From Neoechinorhynchus agilis (taxonomy: Eukaryota > Animalia > Acanthocephala): a DNA stretch of 64,000 nucleotides. The position numbers were made by a program, and so were the translations under genes. Shown here piece by piece: positions 1-15,690 of this stretch; position 1 is the first letter of the stretch; the number at the start of each line of letters is the position of its first letter. The stretch covers positions 4,938,784 to 5,002,783 of the forward strand of contig CM121341.1 of NCBI GenBank assembly GCA_051530055.1, written 5' to 3'. Under the pieces are notes generated by a model. It was given only the letters and a program-made list of their open reading frames with translations, was not told where the DNA came from and did not search any database.

Positions 1-299
1 ACTGAGAATATGAATTTACGTTAACAAATTGAGTATATAAGAACGTTTGAATTCGTGAAAAGAAGTTTGAGTAATTGGCAAAGACAAAATCGGATCAATA
101 ATTCGACCTTCCAAAAATTAAATCTTTTTTTGATTTTCGGACAGCCGACGCCAGGACAAAAATATTAATTTCTAACAAAATTAAGTCCTATAGATTCTTA
201 CTTGAGTAAAAAAGGTACAAAGATTTCAATATAAATATCACGATTCAACAATCCACTAGATCCAATGTGTAGTTCGTAATATTTTAAATCAGACTAAAA

Positions 300-790
300 T
301 TTAAAATCATTGAATTTTTTGAACAAAATCACAGATCATTTTCCGGGACGATATGGACTTCGTAATCCGCATAATGTAGTGGTGGTCGTAGAAATCGTTG
401 TTCCAACGGAACATCAATCTGCTTGGCTATCGATTTGGAATATATCTCGCTTTCTAATTCATTGTCGAAATCAAATGGTTCCTTATATAGTCTCTTTTGA
501 GGCCTCGAGTGAATACGACAATCGTACGTTTGTTTATTCCTCGTATAATCAAGTTCACTGAATGGAATATAATCCGATTGGTAATAAATCCATGCAATCG
601 AACGATATTTTAATATATTATCAACGGAATGGTTATTTGGAGTAGGTTTAAACATGAGACCATCTTCGTCTTCAATGAAGCAATTTAAAAAATTTATACA
701 AGACATTTTAAGAAAAACGATCAACGATGCTAAAGTTAACATTCGCCGTCCTAACTGTGTTCTTGAATGCATCGATGGGGTCGTCACCAT
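300..790 (-). CDS. Probable separate gene downstream of the dynein; unknown product, may continue off the left end
   Basis: ORF MVTTPSMH...RRMLTLASLIVFLK (hydrophobic stretch)...HYADYEVHIVPENDL, followed by a plausible GT...ttttag intron. No family recognised. Confidence 0.3.
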
Positions 791-926
791 GACGATTTTG
801 ATCCGAATTGACAATTTACTAATGAAATTTTAGAAATATCCTTTAAGCCCGATGACTCTCTGATTTTCTCAAACACTGAGATTAGGAGCAGATCGTTCAA
901 CCGAAAACTAAAAATTAACAAATATT

Positions 927-3900
927 TTACTCAAATAAACTCAAGTGAACATTCCAATTAGAAGTTCGGTTAAACTCAAAGTCACACGGAACATTCATTT
1001 TCAACAGGATCTCATTATCTATTGGGAAATTGTGATAGATCACGTTAAAGAATTTTAATGGCTTACCTACAAACTCATCATTATGAAAAAATGGTTGTCT
1101 TGTTCGGAACAAATTCAATGGAATTGCGATCTGTCTCTTCTTAGCTTTTAAGAAATCGAAAAGTAAAACAGGTTTTATGTATAACTTCGGTATTTTGACA
1201 TTTATCAATCTTCCTTGTCGGTTCAAAAGCCCTGATTGAGTTTCAAACCCGGCATTCTGAACATAAAGGTCGACTATTTCAAAATCTAATAAGTTTCTTT
1301 AAGTAGAATTAAGAAATTTAATGACAAAATACGTACATTGTCCATTGTCATCGACGGAATCCATGAATACCAAATCGCATTTGCTATTTCTATCTTCAAA
1401 TTGGGATATTTCTTTAAACTCTTCGGAATCCATATTCAATTCCTTGCTCAATAAATCTCCAAGACTTAATTTTTCTGTCAATGATACATTGTCGTTTATT
1501 TCATTTATAGATTTCCACGCTGATTGGTTATTATTGGCATGTTTAATTAATTTAAAACTGTACGCAATGTGTGATTGAGGGACTTGGTGTCTTAGCCAGT
1601 TAAAGAAATCTCGGACATTCAATAGAAATTTCATTTGGAGACACCTTTTATTTTTTCCATTTATTGAATCCAACAAATAATGCGATCGCTGTTTTAAATG
1701 CGAACGAAATTCCGAAATTTCCATGTTGGGAATTTTAAGTGCTCGACTCCATGATGATTCGAATCCGAGAATTTTCTCAATATTGGACTTATTCAATGCA
1801 TCAAAGAGTTGTTTTCTGATAACGCTAAGTACGCCGTTGAACACTAGAAGTTCTTTAAAAAACAATTGTCGAATTCCTTTAACGTCCATAGTATTCGATT
1901 CCATTCCTTTTACGATTTCTGACTGATGTACGATTATTGAATCAATGTCCAGAAGCAGCTGATTCATATCGATTTCGGCGTTACGTCCAATTTTAGAAAT
2001 TGTCTCCGCATTTTGAAATCGATGCGACTAAAGATACGAATGATGGTGTTGAAATGTTCATTGAAGACTCGGTGAAAAAAAGTAAAAATTTACGACGCTC
2101 GCTCTTTTCTGATTTTTTAAATAGTAATATAAATTTACCATTAGCTGTCTCATGTTTTTTCGGTAAAGTACACATTTCTTGAAGTTCAGCTCGTTCTTAT
2201 GATTAGCGGGTAAATCTATAAGAAGATTTTCAACCGATTTACTTTCAGCCATCACTATCAACTTCAATAATAGCGTCCTTATCACATTTTGAACCTCACT
2301 TCTCTGTAAGCAATTTACGAATTTCATTAAATTCTCTTCTAGTTTGGATAAAAGAAATTTGTCTTGAACATCATGCATGTTCGACAATATTGCCTTAAAG
2401 TGAATTTCAGAATAATTAAGATCGAACCATTGAGAATGAAGTAAATTATCCAAATAGCGTATATTTAAGTATAGCGCAAAATAAAGCATTTTTCGTTTGC
2501 TATCATTGGTCTAAATTTTCTATATTATTTCCAGAGACAAAAAAACAACAACTTTAAATACATGCGAAGTAATCATTTGGTGAATGTTCTTCTCAATAGC
2601 ATCCATAATGAGAAATTCTTCGTTTTGATCATCTTCGAATCTTTTGGGAATTTTGTTTAATGCACTCAAATAAGGTTCGACGTCTTTGAACAATACTATG
2701 ATTTTTATTGGATCAGGAAAGGATAAGGCAGTTATAAGAATCATCTGGAAAGATATTTGAGCTGAAGACTTTTGGATTTACGAACTAACTTTTTCCAGTA
2801 ATCGGACTATTGAACACATAAATTCCGTTTTACTAACATATATTTCAATTCTGTAATTTCTTAAGAAACAAAAATTCAGTACACTTGCGATCCAAAGCAT
2901 TGGCTTTTTTCGCATAGTATTCAGCATTGTCCATTCATCTTGAATTATTAAGAACTTAATTTCCCCCTTTCGTTTACTTTTGGTTAATTCATTACAACTC
3001 GTTTGTAATTCTTTTAAATCTTCATTGGTCCCCAACCGAAATCGCACGAGTTTTCTCCCATGCAAATCTTCAGAAATAATTCGTTTATCTGGCGTTCTCA
3101 AGCTACTTCGAACTACGAGCAATAGGTTGTTTCTAGGCACTGAGTAATCTTTAAGACATCTTTGAAGATGATCTGGCGTTTTAAAAAATTTGTTTAAGCA
3201 AAAAGAAATATTTTCATGTAATTGAGATGGCCTTGATTTCTGTAGGTTAAGAAGCATCTCCAATATATGCATGTGTTCGAATTCTTCATCAATAGCCATT
3301 TCAATGCGCTCTGGCGCGCTTGATTGCTCTGATAATATCGAAAGGTAGTAATTCCAATTGTTCACTTTCGAATTCGATTGATCATTTCCATCCGACGAAA
3401 AATCACTGAGAATATAATTTAAAATACTATCATAATCGCCTCCATCGTATGTAAGGATCTTCATCATGAGAGCAAATCCAAACGGTACCTGAGAACCAAA
3501 ACCTATTTTAAGAAATTATTGATATTTTGTACTGACCTTGTGATCGATTGTCAATTCTTGAGATATTTCTCTGTAAACTGAAATTGTCAGAAATAGTTTA
3601 TAGCTATCAAAATCGCCTTTAATCTGATTAGAATATTTTACTATTTCTAATGCATGCCAGTGAATTTGAAGAAAACGTGATAGCGTGAAATAAAGATATG
3701 GAAATAGTTCTCTTGTTTTTTCTATAAGTTCATAAAGTTCGATTCCGAATCCTATAATTTCGTCGAATTTGTTGTCATTTCTTGACGCTGAGACAAAATC
3801 GAGTACATTCTGGTTAAGATTATTAAGACGCCATTTAACAATGATTTAACCGACCTCAACGTTAGTTCTGTAATTGTCAATTATATTTTGCAAATTTTCA

Positions 3901-6900
3901 ACTACTGATAAGCATGCGCTCATTTGAGAAAGATCATAGTCCATCACTAAAGCTACAATCTCTTGAATATAACGATCTCGATCCCTATTTCAAAGGATAG
4001 TTTTCCAAAAAAAATAAAAACTTCTTTACGTTTGAATATTTTTCAACACTAAATCCATCATCGCATTTTCGTCTACAGAATTTCTTTTAAATACAGACAA
4101 GGCTTTTGTTTTTAGTAATGCTCTCAGACATTCCTTATTTAATCCATAATTTAGAATCGAGCAATAGTTTTTTATTTTTGACGGAAAATGTGGATTCCTT
4201 GTGGATATTAAGAATATTAACTTTGGATAGACTTTTATGTCAGTCCATGGATCGACTTTAGTTTCCTTAAACATTTCTATAAGATTAAAAACGAGATCGA
4301 TTGTCGTATTAGCCTCAAGAGCAATAATTATCTTAAAGTAAGATAAAAGATAAGAATTTTAAAAATGAGTCAAAAAATACCTGATCATGTGTCGCCATAA
4401 GTGAACCAATGTGAGAGCAGCTTAAGTCATCAAATTCAGACAAACTCAATGCATTAGAATATTGGCAATGGACACTTTCAGTGGCAGAATGCCATCGGGG
4501 TCCAAAATTATCGAAATGGGAGATTCACTGGGTTAAGTGGTCTTTAGATAAGGAGGATAAGTTAATAATCTAACTGACCTCAATATATAATCATTTTCTG
4601 TGAAGTACTTGCAATACGCCTCCGATGCTGTATTTTTTAGACAATTAAAATTTAAAGAATACTTATTGTCTCCCGTTCGTTTCCATATTTCCAACCAATT
4701 ATGAAAGATTTCCTACACATAAAAAAATTCGCGCATTAAAACAAAACACTCACTTTTCTATCTACTTGATCAATTTCCGCTAAAAATCCTATCATTAATC
4801 CTATTAAGATATTAGAACTCATCGAACAAGTCTTTTCGTCATTGTCACATTTTTCACATTCATTTACTGCATTCTCAAGAATATTTGCCACTCTTCTAAC
4901 TACACTTAATTTCTTTTCTAGGTCTGGAAGCTAACGTCAAATATTATACACAATCGTCGAATATCACAAAATCATTTACCTTCGAATCAATGTCCAATTT
5001 TCGCTCATTTAGCCTTTCTAATTGCTGATTGGCCCGCCAGAATGATAATCCCGCTTTCTGTAAATTAAGTGTTAAATGTATCTCTTCCTCGAGAGGCTGT
5101 TGTAGTGTTTCTCGTGTCAATAAAATATCCTGTTCAGCTTTTTGTAAATAAGTTGATTTTCTACGAGGAGTAGATGTAACGGAGTTTTAAAAAAAACAGC
5201 CACTTACAAGTTTAACTCAACGATTGTTTCAATGATTTTAATTAGAGGTTCTAGTGCATGTTGATATGGAACCAAAGCATTTCTTAGTTCGTTTTGAATC
5301 GCAATTATTTGATCTTGAAAATATTGAACTCGGTTAAAGGGAATTTTCGTCTGATCAGAATGGACATTAGAAGAATGGAAATATATTGCACCTACAATTT
5401 TGTGAAATTGTGAGATGATATCAGTTTCCTTTAGATATAAAAGCAACTCGGTAACGTAGTCTGTTTTCTCTTCTGCACTCGGATTAACAGGAACATTCAG
5501 AAACTCATAGATGAGTTTGAAACATTTGTCCGTTTTATTGTAGTTTCCACCACTGATGCAATTACGTTGAATTTCCTACAGTTTAAAAATAAATTGTTAA
5601 ATTTCACTGCAGTTTTTTTATATTTTTTAGTGAAACTTCGTTATTTCGACATTAAAACGTGCATTTTAATTCCTGTGTAACGACAAGTTCTTTTTAGTTT
5701 CATTTTACAGATTGAGATTATTGAAGATAAGCAGGGAATAATCTGCAGACATTCTTCAATGTAAATGATTTAAATTAAGCAATTGATACAATAGGGATTA
5801 TTATTGTAAAATATGGCTTTGGAAATCATGTAATTAATAAGCAATCTTACCTTTAAGTCCAATTTCCTTAATAAAAAACGCTTTTTTACTTCAAGCTCAT
5901 TAAGTTTCGATTTATGATCTTCAACGACAATTTGAACATGATCGATCGCCTCCTGCAGATCCTTGACGACCTGTTGTTTATCGCTAGTCCTCTGCGCATT
6001 GACATTACTTTTAAATCTTTACAAAGTTTAAATACCTCTTGCGATTGGTCAAAAATTTTCTTGGCTTTAGTGTAGCCAATGCGGTCATATTTGAGTTCTT
6101 TTCGATTATCTCCCTTCGATTTTACAACGAGTTCATATTCTCGCTGAGTTACAAATTCTAATGTCAAAACCGATTTTAGTTTGTCTCTTAACCAGCCTAG
6201 AATTTCACCACTTTTCCTATAATCATTTTAGTGAGCTTAAAAAAGACATAATCTTACGATCTCGATAATTCCTTTCTCTTTATAAAAGACATTGCCTTTC
6301 TTAACGATAAACTCATTGATTTATTTTTCAGGACGTCAGCACGAGACATTGCCAAATATTCAACACATTGTCTTATTAGCGTCCTTTCCTTTCGATTGAC
6401 CACGAACCATTTATAATGTTTTCTAAGAAATTCATCAATTTCTGGCATTTCGCAATCCTTCATTGGGCGTTTAAAATGTCGAATGGTCAAAGTTATAATA
6501 CCTTAATCTCGATTGGATAAAATAAACTCAGATTTCCAAATTCTTTTACAAGTTCGTTACTCTCAAATTTATCAACAGAAAAAAATATTTTCGTATGCTT
6601 TTGAAATTGTTTGGCTGAATCAATCAAATCTTGCGGAAATGGACGAAAACGATTGGTACTAGAGGACATGGGTACAAGCGAATGAAAATATCAAAATTAG
6701 TCCTTACTTTGTGTTTCGAATTGTCTTAAAAATACAACTGTCTTTTGAGTCGTAGTGATTTTCAAAAAGTCCAGTAGTTGCTGAATTTAAAAGCATTTTA
6801 ACGATTGAACACTTCACCATCTTAATTGCTGTAATTTTCGATTTTAATCACAATATAAAAGGCATACGTTTTTGTGTATTCTAAGAAATAGAACACGAGA

Positions 6901-9900
6901 CACATTTGAAATGAGGCTTTCATTTAAAAGTAAGATTAAATCTTCATTTTTTGTTATTGTGGTTACCACTGTAAACTCCATTTGCGCCAAATGAGCGGCA
7001 ATTCTTAATATTTGTTCGTCGTCGGTTCCCGGCGGCGAAGTAACGATAAAAGCACTAATTTCAACGCGGTTTAGGATTTCGACAACCTCATTGATTGTCT
7101 CCAGTGTATTCCTTCAAGGATAATGATTGATTTTATCATGTCTTAAACAATGGCACTGACCATGTCAGAGGAAAGCAAGGATGTTCGCTGCCATAATCTC
7201 GTTCTGCTTCTCTCAAATATCGTTCAACTCGATTTCTGGTATTAGAAAGATCATCGATTCTCTTCAAAACCTCGGCCGGATCATGTTTATAAGAAATCTA
7301 AATAGAAGTTTTATTATATCGATCTAAAGATTGATGTGTACTTTGAGTTCCGAGAGTTTTATATCCGCATAGAAATTTAATCTCTTTTTGAGCCCTTTGA
7401 TCTTTGAAAATTCGAATAAGAAAAGTAAAAAAATAGTGACTTACTTCTTTAAAAAATAATTCCGTGAATCTTTCATCAATAGATGAAGTGATAGTTTTTA
7501 GCTTCTTTATCGACTGAATTGCAAAACGTAAACCATGTCCGTAAACGCTTTCATGATATTTTGCAATTTCCATCAATTCATTAAATTTTAATATTGTTTC
7601 ATTTACATTATCATTCCTGTAATAATGTGTTGGTATTACTATTTCAAAAGTGATTTTATTACTCAGTAAACGTCTTTTCCGCGATCGTTTTCGTGAATAT
7701 ATCCTCCAAATATTTTTCACCAAAAACGTTTGTATTTATCAGCGCGAAATGCCTCATCACTCTTTCAGGAAAATTTTGACCTAAAAAACAACTAAAGTTA
7801 TGCTTCAAAAATTCTATCCTCACCTGATAGCTTGATTCTAGCAATCCCAAAGATATAAACATTTCGGTTACATTGGATCAGTCCTCTCCGCTTGTCCAAC
7901 ACTTTTCCGTCATCGAGTAAGTTTCGCAAAGCTTCGAATTCGCATTCATTTTCCGCGAAGCCGAATCCATCCACTGCGACAGTTTGATGCGACTGAATGG
8001 AGGAATTTTTACAACGTCGATCATTGAATATTTTCTTTAGATCTTCATTGTTTTCATCGTTCGCCAAATTAAAGAAGTCTAGAGTGCTCGAAAACAAACG
8101 GGAGATTCCAGCGAGAGATTTTATGGCAAGTTCAATATCATCAACGGTGCTCATATCAAAGATTAGACATGATGCTTTTGAGTGAAACAACATAGATAAA
8201 ATTTCAATTGTCGCACAGTAGCGTCTTCTATCGATTTCGAATGGATTTATGCTGGCAATAATGTTATATTCTAACAAGAGACTTAAATCTTCAATCCACG
8301 GCTGCCAATAATACGATGGATCCTTAAAACCTTTTTTATTGTGAAATCTAATTAATCAAATAAACCTTATGACCGATAAATCGATATTCGTATATTGAAA
8401 ATTCATCAGGGAACAAATACTCATCAAAAATATACAACTGTTTATCGATTTTATTCGTTCCATTATTTTTTGAGTGTAGACGCAACAATTCACGAATGTG
8501 CTTTTCAAAATCAAGCCTTGATTGAATCGAATCAAGACAACCGAACGACCAAACCAAAGAAAATAAGAACCATCCCTGAAAATAGATTATTTGAAACGTA
8601 CACGAATGCATTGTGCTTACATAAATACACCGCTCTTGCATTAAATTCCGATCAGCCACGTCTTCTAAATTTAATTTAATCACAAATCCTTCAAATAGTT
8701 TTTGAAACGTGTACAAGCGGGGCAATAAACTCGGATCATTTGTTTTTTCGCAAAATTCTTCGAGAATTTGAGAACAGAGAAGTTGGAGAATATTCAGAAA
8801 GTTTTCTGAAAAGGATGCCGTTAAGCTTGCTATCCAACTTCGAATTCTACTTGAAATTGTCGGGTTTGAGTTATTGAAGTCGAGGATAACGTAATCAGCA
8901 TTCTAAAGGGACAAACTTGTTTAAAGTTTTTAATTCGTAAACGGTAATATTTTAAATAATTGCCTGAAAAACACTTAAATGTAAACCACCAAATAGAATA
9001 ACCTGTAAATTAGTATTTAAAATATCGATGATTCCCAATTCATAGATGCATTTCCCGTTATTGCTTCCACCACTTTTGATTTGGCATTTATAATTTAAAT
9101 GGCATATTAGTTTTTCTGCATCCGTTTGGCGCATGTGTCCAAGATCGAAAATTGGTATGTAGCAATCGTAACTTCTTCTAAAAGGACGAGCCAACGTCTT
9201 CAGCAGTTGAAGTACATCGTGATTGGCGCTCTTGTAGCCAATCAAACTACAAGGATAAATCCTTCTGAAGTGCCATCTCTTTAAGCCTGCCGTAAACTTT
9301 TTCAATTTCATTAAGGCGCAATTTAATATTTACGATTTAAAAACTCACCTTTTGATGCAAAGTTTCTAATGCTGACGAAACAACCTTAATACAAATTGTC
9401 TTTCCACTTGCACAAGGACCATGCAAGATAATAGATTTTTCTCCATTTAATGCCCAGTATAACTCCATGCATTTATCGATTACTAATTCGTCTTTAATAT
9501 AATACGAGGACCAGAGTTTTTCACGGAGCAATAAGCAAAAACAAATATCGACGTTAGACAAGTTAATTGGAGTTGAAGTTTTTCGAAAATGTGGCATAGA
9601 ATGGAATTCCGAGTTTAAAAATTCTCTGAACTTAATTATGTTACATTTTACGGACGAATAAGACTCCAATTTTTCGATCAATCGGTAAACTGTTCCTTGT
9701 TGATCAGATACGCATCCAGTATTTCCATGAAAACTTAACGATTCATCGCGAACGCGTCTATAAGTCTGTAACATTTCTATAATGTTTGACATTCTATTGG
9801 CCATCATTGAGCGAGCAATAATTTGATCGTAATTGGGCTCACAAAGATTTATAACGTAAAAAAATTGCTCAATTTAAAGAAGCGAGTTAAAATTGTTTAG

Positions 9901-12900
9901 TCGAGATTAAGAATACCTTCAAATTGACAAGTTCTTCGTGTCGTGTATAAATTGAATTTTGTAAGGCGCAACAGATAAGACCATGGATCGATCCACGAAT
10001 ATTTGAGCAGGCTTGGAATGTTTCTAAAACTTCAACTATTTCCAAATAGGTGAAAGCATCTATAGTTCCAGAATATAAAATAACACAAAAAACGTCGCAT
10101 TTTTGGGTTGTCTAGATTGTTTACGGTCAAAAAGCTCAACGATTTAATAATTCGAGATTATTGTGCTTACCGTTAGTATCCATGATAGCTTCCAAATATC
10201 GTCACGATGGCACACTTCTTGTAAAATAATCGGTACTCCCAACATAAACGCGGAATATCTTAGAAAATCAATATTATCTACCGAAGAAAATGTAGTATAT
10301 AAAAATGTTCAAAAAAACGTACAGTTTATGGAATTTCCTATAATTAAACATGGCCGCTTCATAGCCCAACAGTCAAAGATTTCACTATAATAAAGTACAT
10401 ATTTCACGGAATTATTTGGGATTTTATTACCCGATATTTGAAGACAAGTCAATGCTGCTGACTTGAGCACCAAATGGTATCGCGCTAAATTCATATCCGT
10501 ATTCAAAGGAGTTTCCAAACAAAGATACAAATATTCCATCGTTGTTCTTTTAAGAAAAACTAGTGAAAATTAGATTTGAAGTTTATCTTACATCAACAAA
10601 GACTTTTAAGCATGAATTCCAAATTTCTAGTCTTTGATCATGATTGCCAGGCGCAATTATTTTGATTAATAGTTCCCTCCATAAAATTATTTGATATGTC
10701 ATGCAAATAATTATTCTTGATTTTTCATCATTTTTTAATTCGAAGCTAAATAGTCGTCTTAGCCAATGAGATAATTTCTCCAAAATATCATCCAATTTCT
10801 ATGTTTGAATATGACATTAAGTAAAGAAAATGCATTAAATTTACGGCTGAGTCACTAATTCCGTCTTCAATCAATGCAGTCAAATACGCTGCAAATCCAA
10901 TAATGATACTCTGTGTTGTCCGCATGTCAGAAGCGGGAATAATTTCGCTCATAAAATCGAGAGGATTTGTTTTTGAGAAGAAGTCATAGCTTAGCAAAAT
11001 TTTCTATAGTTTTCAGATACAATAATAATCGTAGGTCTTTTTATCCACGACTTACCTTCCTTACAACGTGCTTGAGGGCAGAATCCAATGCGTTAAAAAA
11101 TTTAGGGACTTCTTGAAGGGATTTTATCAAAGTATTGGCGTTTAAATGGGCCGAAGAAAGATTGAGTACGTCACCGTTGGTTGCAAAGACTTCCAAAATA
11201 TTTTCGTTTTTTGTCAAATGAACTTTAGATATACCTGGATAGCAGAATTTAACAATTTGCTCAAATCTTTTTTAGTTCGAGTGTCATAAAGCGTCTAGCA
11301 ATGCAGTTGCTTACTTAATTTTGTTCAATTTATTTCTTGAATCTGAAAAACTTTCCCATCCGCCTTCTGGTACAAAAATGAATCTTGGATACTGACACAA
11401 AAGTTCCACCGATTTCGTCTTGTATTTCTAAAGGATAAAAATATTAAAGAAATTAAACATTTTTTTCGCATCATTGATCTTTTTGACGTCTCTATTCTAT
11501 ATTTTCCCATTGATTTTGGGATTACAAGAAAAAGTAAAAAATTACCTGCGTTAATTTAAACAATTCGTCCAATTGTAAGACCATATCCTTGTGAAACCCA
11601 TTAAGCCTTTCATTGATGTGAATGATATCAGCCTCCAAATCAATGGATGCAATTAATCCTTCTGATTTTTGTATAGCTATCAAATAGTCTTCCAAATCTT
11701 GTTTATCGAGGTAGACCAAGTATTTTCGAATTGTTTCAACGTTTGAGATAATATCAACAGCTCTCATGCAGAGAGTTTTGACGCTTTCTAATCCGCAAAG
11801 TAGTTCACTTAAGCTCTCATTTGGCTTCGATGTGTCAAGAAAAAATGTTGATCTCACAAAATTAAGGAGAAAACAAGTGTTTCTGAGAAGCTCGCTCCAT
11901 TCACTAGTCGTAGTCAGGTTCTTAAGATGCTTGAATTGAAGAGTCCATCTGATTTTAGTTCCATGTTCGCATTTAAGAGTATTTAGTTCGAGTTGGTACG
12001 GAGCCAAAATCAGCATCAATTCGTCATACTTTTTATATATTCCAAAAGAAAAAATTTGTTGAAATGTTAAAGTTTCCCGGACGGCAAATGGTATACCAAG
12101 AGCGGTATTGACGAGTTTCCAGTCTTCTGATTTAACTCCTTGAAGGCAAAACTTTAGATAGAGAAATTTTTAGAGGATTCTAACCGGCCAAAAGTAGAAT
12201 AGTAACAAGATCAATGGCCTTTATCATATCTGTGAGAGTTACATTAATTGTATTAATGAGCTCTTTTGGGTTTGAGGATTCCGTGAATTCGTTCGAAATT
12301 TGTTCAACATTTAGTCTATGTTTTAGTATTCTAAAACTGAGTTCGTCAAAGTCGATATTCACGCATAGTTCCATATAACATTCACTATGAAATTTAAAGA
12401 AGAATCAAGCCAAAAGCTCAACTAAAACTTCTACCTCATAAGACTTTGTAGATCAATACATATTTCGGATAGTTTCTTATGTTGGAAAACGTTAACAGTT
12501 ATATTTTCTAGTTCGTTCTCCATCTCATTAGAATCACTTAATCCTTTGAGCTGAAAAGTACATTTGCAATTAAAATAGTTGATTATAAAAATGTATCCTC
12601 TAATTTAAGAATCAACGTAAAGTTCCCGTGTTTCACAAATTTCTAAATGTTATTTAAAAGGACAAGACAGTTCAAATTCTTTACATCAAATTGCACGCAC
12701 TAAAAGGAATGCGATTTCAAATAATGCCCAAAATTTTAAACCCGGTAATCTGTTGATTTTCTTGCTAGAAAAAAAGGATTGTATGAAGTGCAAAAACATC
12801 AGATACGCCTTTAAAATATTTTCGCGTGCTAATGAAAATGGCCTAAAGTCAATCTTTTGAAAAATCTGTCAATCGCATTTAAATGCAATCAATTAAATCC

Positions 12901-15690
12901 TATCTAAATAACAAACCTCGTCGCTACATTGTTCGATTTCAAGCATGATCTTATTGATCATTTTCGAATATTCCGTAATATTATGCATATCGAAATTGTT
13001 CGCAAGGCTTGCAACTTTATCCTTCAGAGCACGGAATCTTCGCTGAAACGTTTTCTATGAAACCAGCGACGAAATTTTTTTATTATGAATAAATGTGTGG
13101 TAACTCACATCTTTAAGCTTTACGATTTGAGGTGTCTTCTTTAAATCGAGAATCAAAGCCGCCGCTTGAACTCCTATGATAAATTCGCTAACAAATATGT
13201 CATACAATCCATCGATTTCGATATTAGAATGATCAGCAATCATTTTTGTCATTTGAAGATTGTTTAATAGCAATGAAGTCTGTTCTAAAAGTTCGCCGTA
13301 CACTTTTGTGAACAATGTTCTTAGGAAATATTCTAGATGCACCACATCGATCGTATCGATCACTTCAGTGAAAACGATTTTTGATAACGAAACACAAATC
13401 GCTTGGCATCTGAACTTGAAGATTTTATACGATCTTCGACTGAAGTAGTACGAACCTATCATGTTGTAATTGTAGTCTTGACAAAATTTTGGATGCAATG
13501 ATGTCCCTTGCGAGCTTTACTTGCTCAAATGAAGCATAGAGATACATTTTACAGTCCGCAATTAACATGCTGAATTCCACTTGTTCTTTTCTACTCTTTA
13601 AAAAATCAATTACTTTTATCAGAAGTTCGTTGACATTTTGAAGCTTTGAGTACTCAAAAGTACCGCATGATAGACTCTGAACATTTGGAAGGAACTAAAA
13701 TATTGGTCGTATTAATAAAATATGATTAAAAGTTTGATATACTCATAAAAGCGGGGATCCTATGAAGGTATTTAAACTTTTACTATTAGAAATATAAAGT
13801 TTAATGAACAAAAGAAGTTTCAGACCAAATACAAGCATCTCATTAGGTTTTATAACACTTTCATTACCTGATCATTAAACGCTATTTGCAAGAAGCTTAG
13901 TGAATCCGCCAATTGAAGCATTCGTTTTCCACAATCACTGTAATATTCTTCAAAAAACGTTGAGCAGACTGGATCAATCTATTTTTAAGATCAGCAAGCG
14001 AATTCTAAACCTCAATTTGAATTTACTTGAAAGTTCATTTGATATTCTGTAATGCTTGGCAATTGTCTCATCGTTTCTCTCCATTTTTCGCAACCATATT
14101 CCAAGACTCTTAGATAATGATTAATATCCGGCTTAAAATAGGCCTTCGACGTGCCATCTTTTGAATTTCGGAGTTTAAATTTTGGCTCTAAAATCTCGTT
14201 ATTCAAAGAAAACAGGAAGCTTTCTAATTTTTACTTTGCATTTTAAGATTTGACAAAGACTCAAAGCCAAGAAGTACTATCCGGAATTCATTTTCGACCT
14301 TTTCCAAAGAAAGAGATAAAACTGATCTAGACAATAAATCGAGTTTTTTTCCGTATTTATACGATATACTGTCTTCAAATTTATGACACGGAAATCTCTT
14401 TAAAAAGACTTCAAAAACATTTTCTAGATACCTAAATAAAATTACAGGGATAATACTTTTCAAAATTTTAAATAAATACTTTTCCACGAACGTAGAAATA
14501 AATGTTTCGACCAACATCAGCCTCTGTTTTGCAACTTCCACTGGGTCTTTATCGTTTTCAAAAATAAATCCAGCAGTAATAAATCTGTAAAAAATAATCA
14601 AACACCATAAAACGCATTACTGACGATGGAATATATTCAAAAATCAGATTATGAGCTCGTTGAAAAACATCATTGAATATTTCGGCTTCAAACACTGGAG
14701 AAGACATTTGATTGGACGATGGTGCATTTAACATTTTCTTTCTCAATTTGGAGTTTGCAGTATACATAATCCTTTCAAAATATTTCGTGTCTAATTTTCA
14801 AGGTCTTTATTTTAATATAAATAAATCAATCTAACCCAATAGTAGAAGAAACGTCTTTCTAAATAATCCGTCGTAAGGTTCTATTTTCGGAGAAATAGGA
14901 TCATATATTCTGTCTTTTAGTTTAAGAGTATTTTTAACGTCTAAAATCCATTCTCTTCTTCCCTCCTTATACTCTTTTTTAAGTAAATAAAAATAAAGCT
15001 CTTTATCAAGTTTATCAGTCAAATTTTCTTGTTTTTTGATCCCCTGAGACTCCAAATCTAGGATGCGTTTCAGCATTCTTGTTTTAGTGATTCATCCTTA
15101 TTTTATGAATTAAAAAAACACAGCAAACCTTTGAATAGTGTGTTCATTTCCAACATCAAATAAGATCGAAAGATGATTATCTTCTAGCACCAGAAAATGG
15201 TTATCTAAATGAAAGAAAAAATGTAAAACGACTTTGATAACTAAATATAAACTTTTGCAATTTCTCTTCTTTATCAAATGCGATTTTTTCATAAGTGTCA
15301 CCAACGCTCCGATGTGGCTTGTAAATTAAAAATGCGAACCATCGTCAAGGTAACTATTGAGTTTTTTATTTTGGTTAACATTAAATTGCGGAGCTTAATC
15401 CAAAGTCTTTCTTCTAATTTGATTTCATTACTCTAAAAACAAAAATCCATAAACGTTTTTATTTGCTCAGCCATTTTTATTTATAAGAAACACAATAAAG
15501 ACATAAGCGTAACGATTTTAAATTTAGGAATTAATTTGTTCATAAAAAAACTATATTCATTTTCTAATTTTTCAATCCATGTTGGAACTTAGTTGTAAGC
15601 TTGCCTTAACAATTTTGAATGCGATGGAAGTAACAATAAATAAGGGAACGCAATTGAATTCGTCGACTTTATGCTTTTTGCCTTTAATAT
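927..15690 (-). CDS. Highly divergent multi-exon dynein heavy chain (DNHD1/axonemal-like); 5' end approximate
   Basis: Exons fall in dynein order: stem, AAA1-like EYLYLCLETPL, AAA2 P-loop GPCASGKT (~9400), AAA5 FLISTRNPHFPSKIKNYCSILNYG (~4150), LYFTLSRF...VYREISQEL (~3600), and a C-terminal IPKLYIKPV...WNVHLSLFE*. The frame I checked across 3470-3960 is intact with canonical introns. Confidence 0.85.

Noticed and set aside
1-15690. Stop-codon reassignment or pseudogenisation explaining the fragmented dynein ORFs
   Set aside because: Where traced, the breaks are short canonical GT-AG introns and the standard code gives an open frame.
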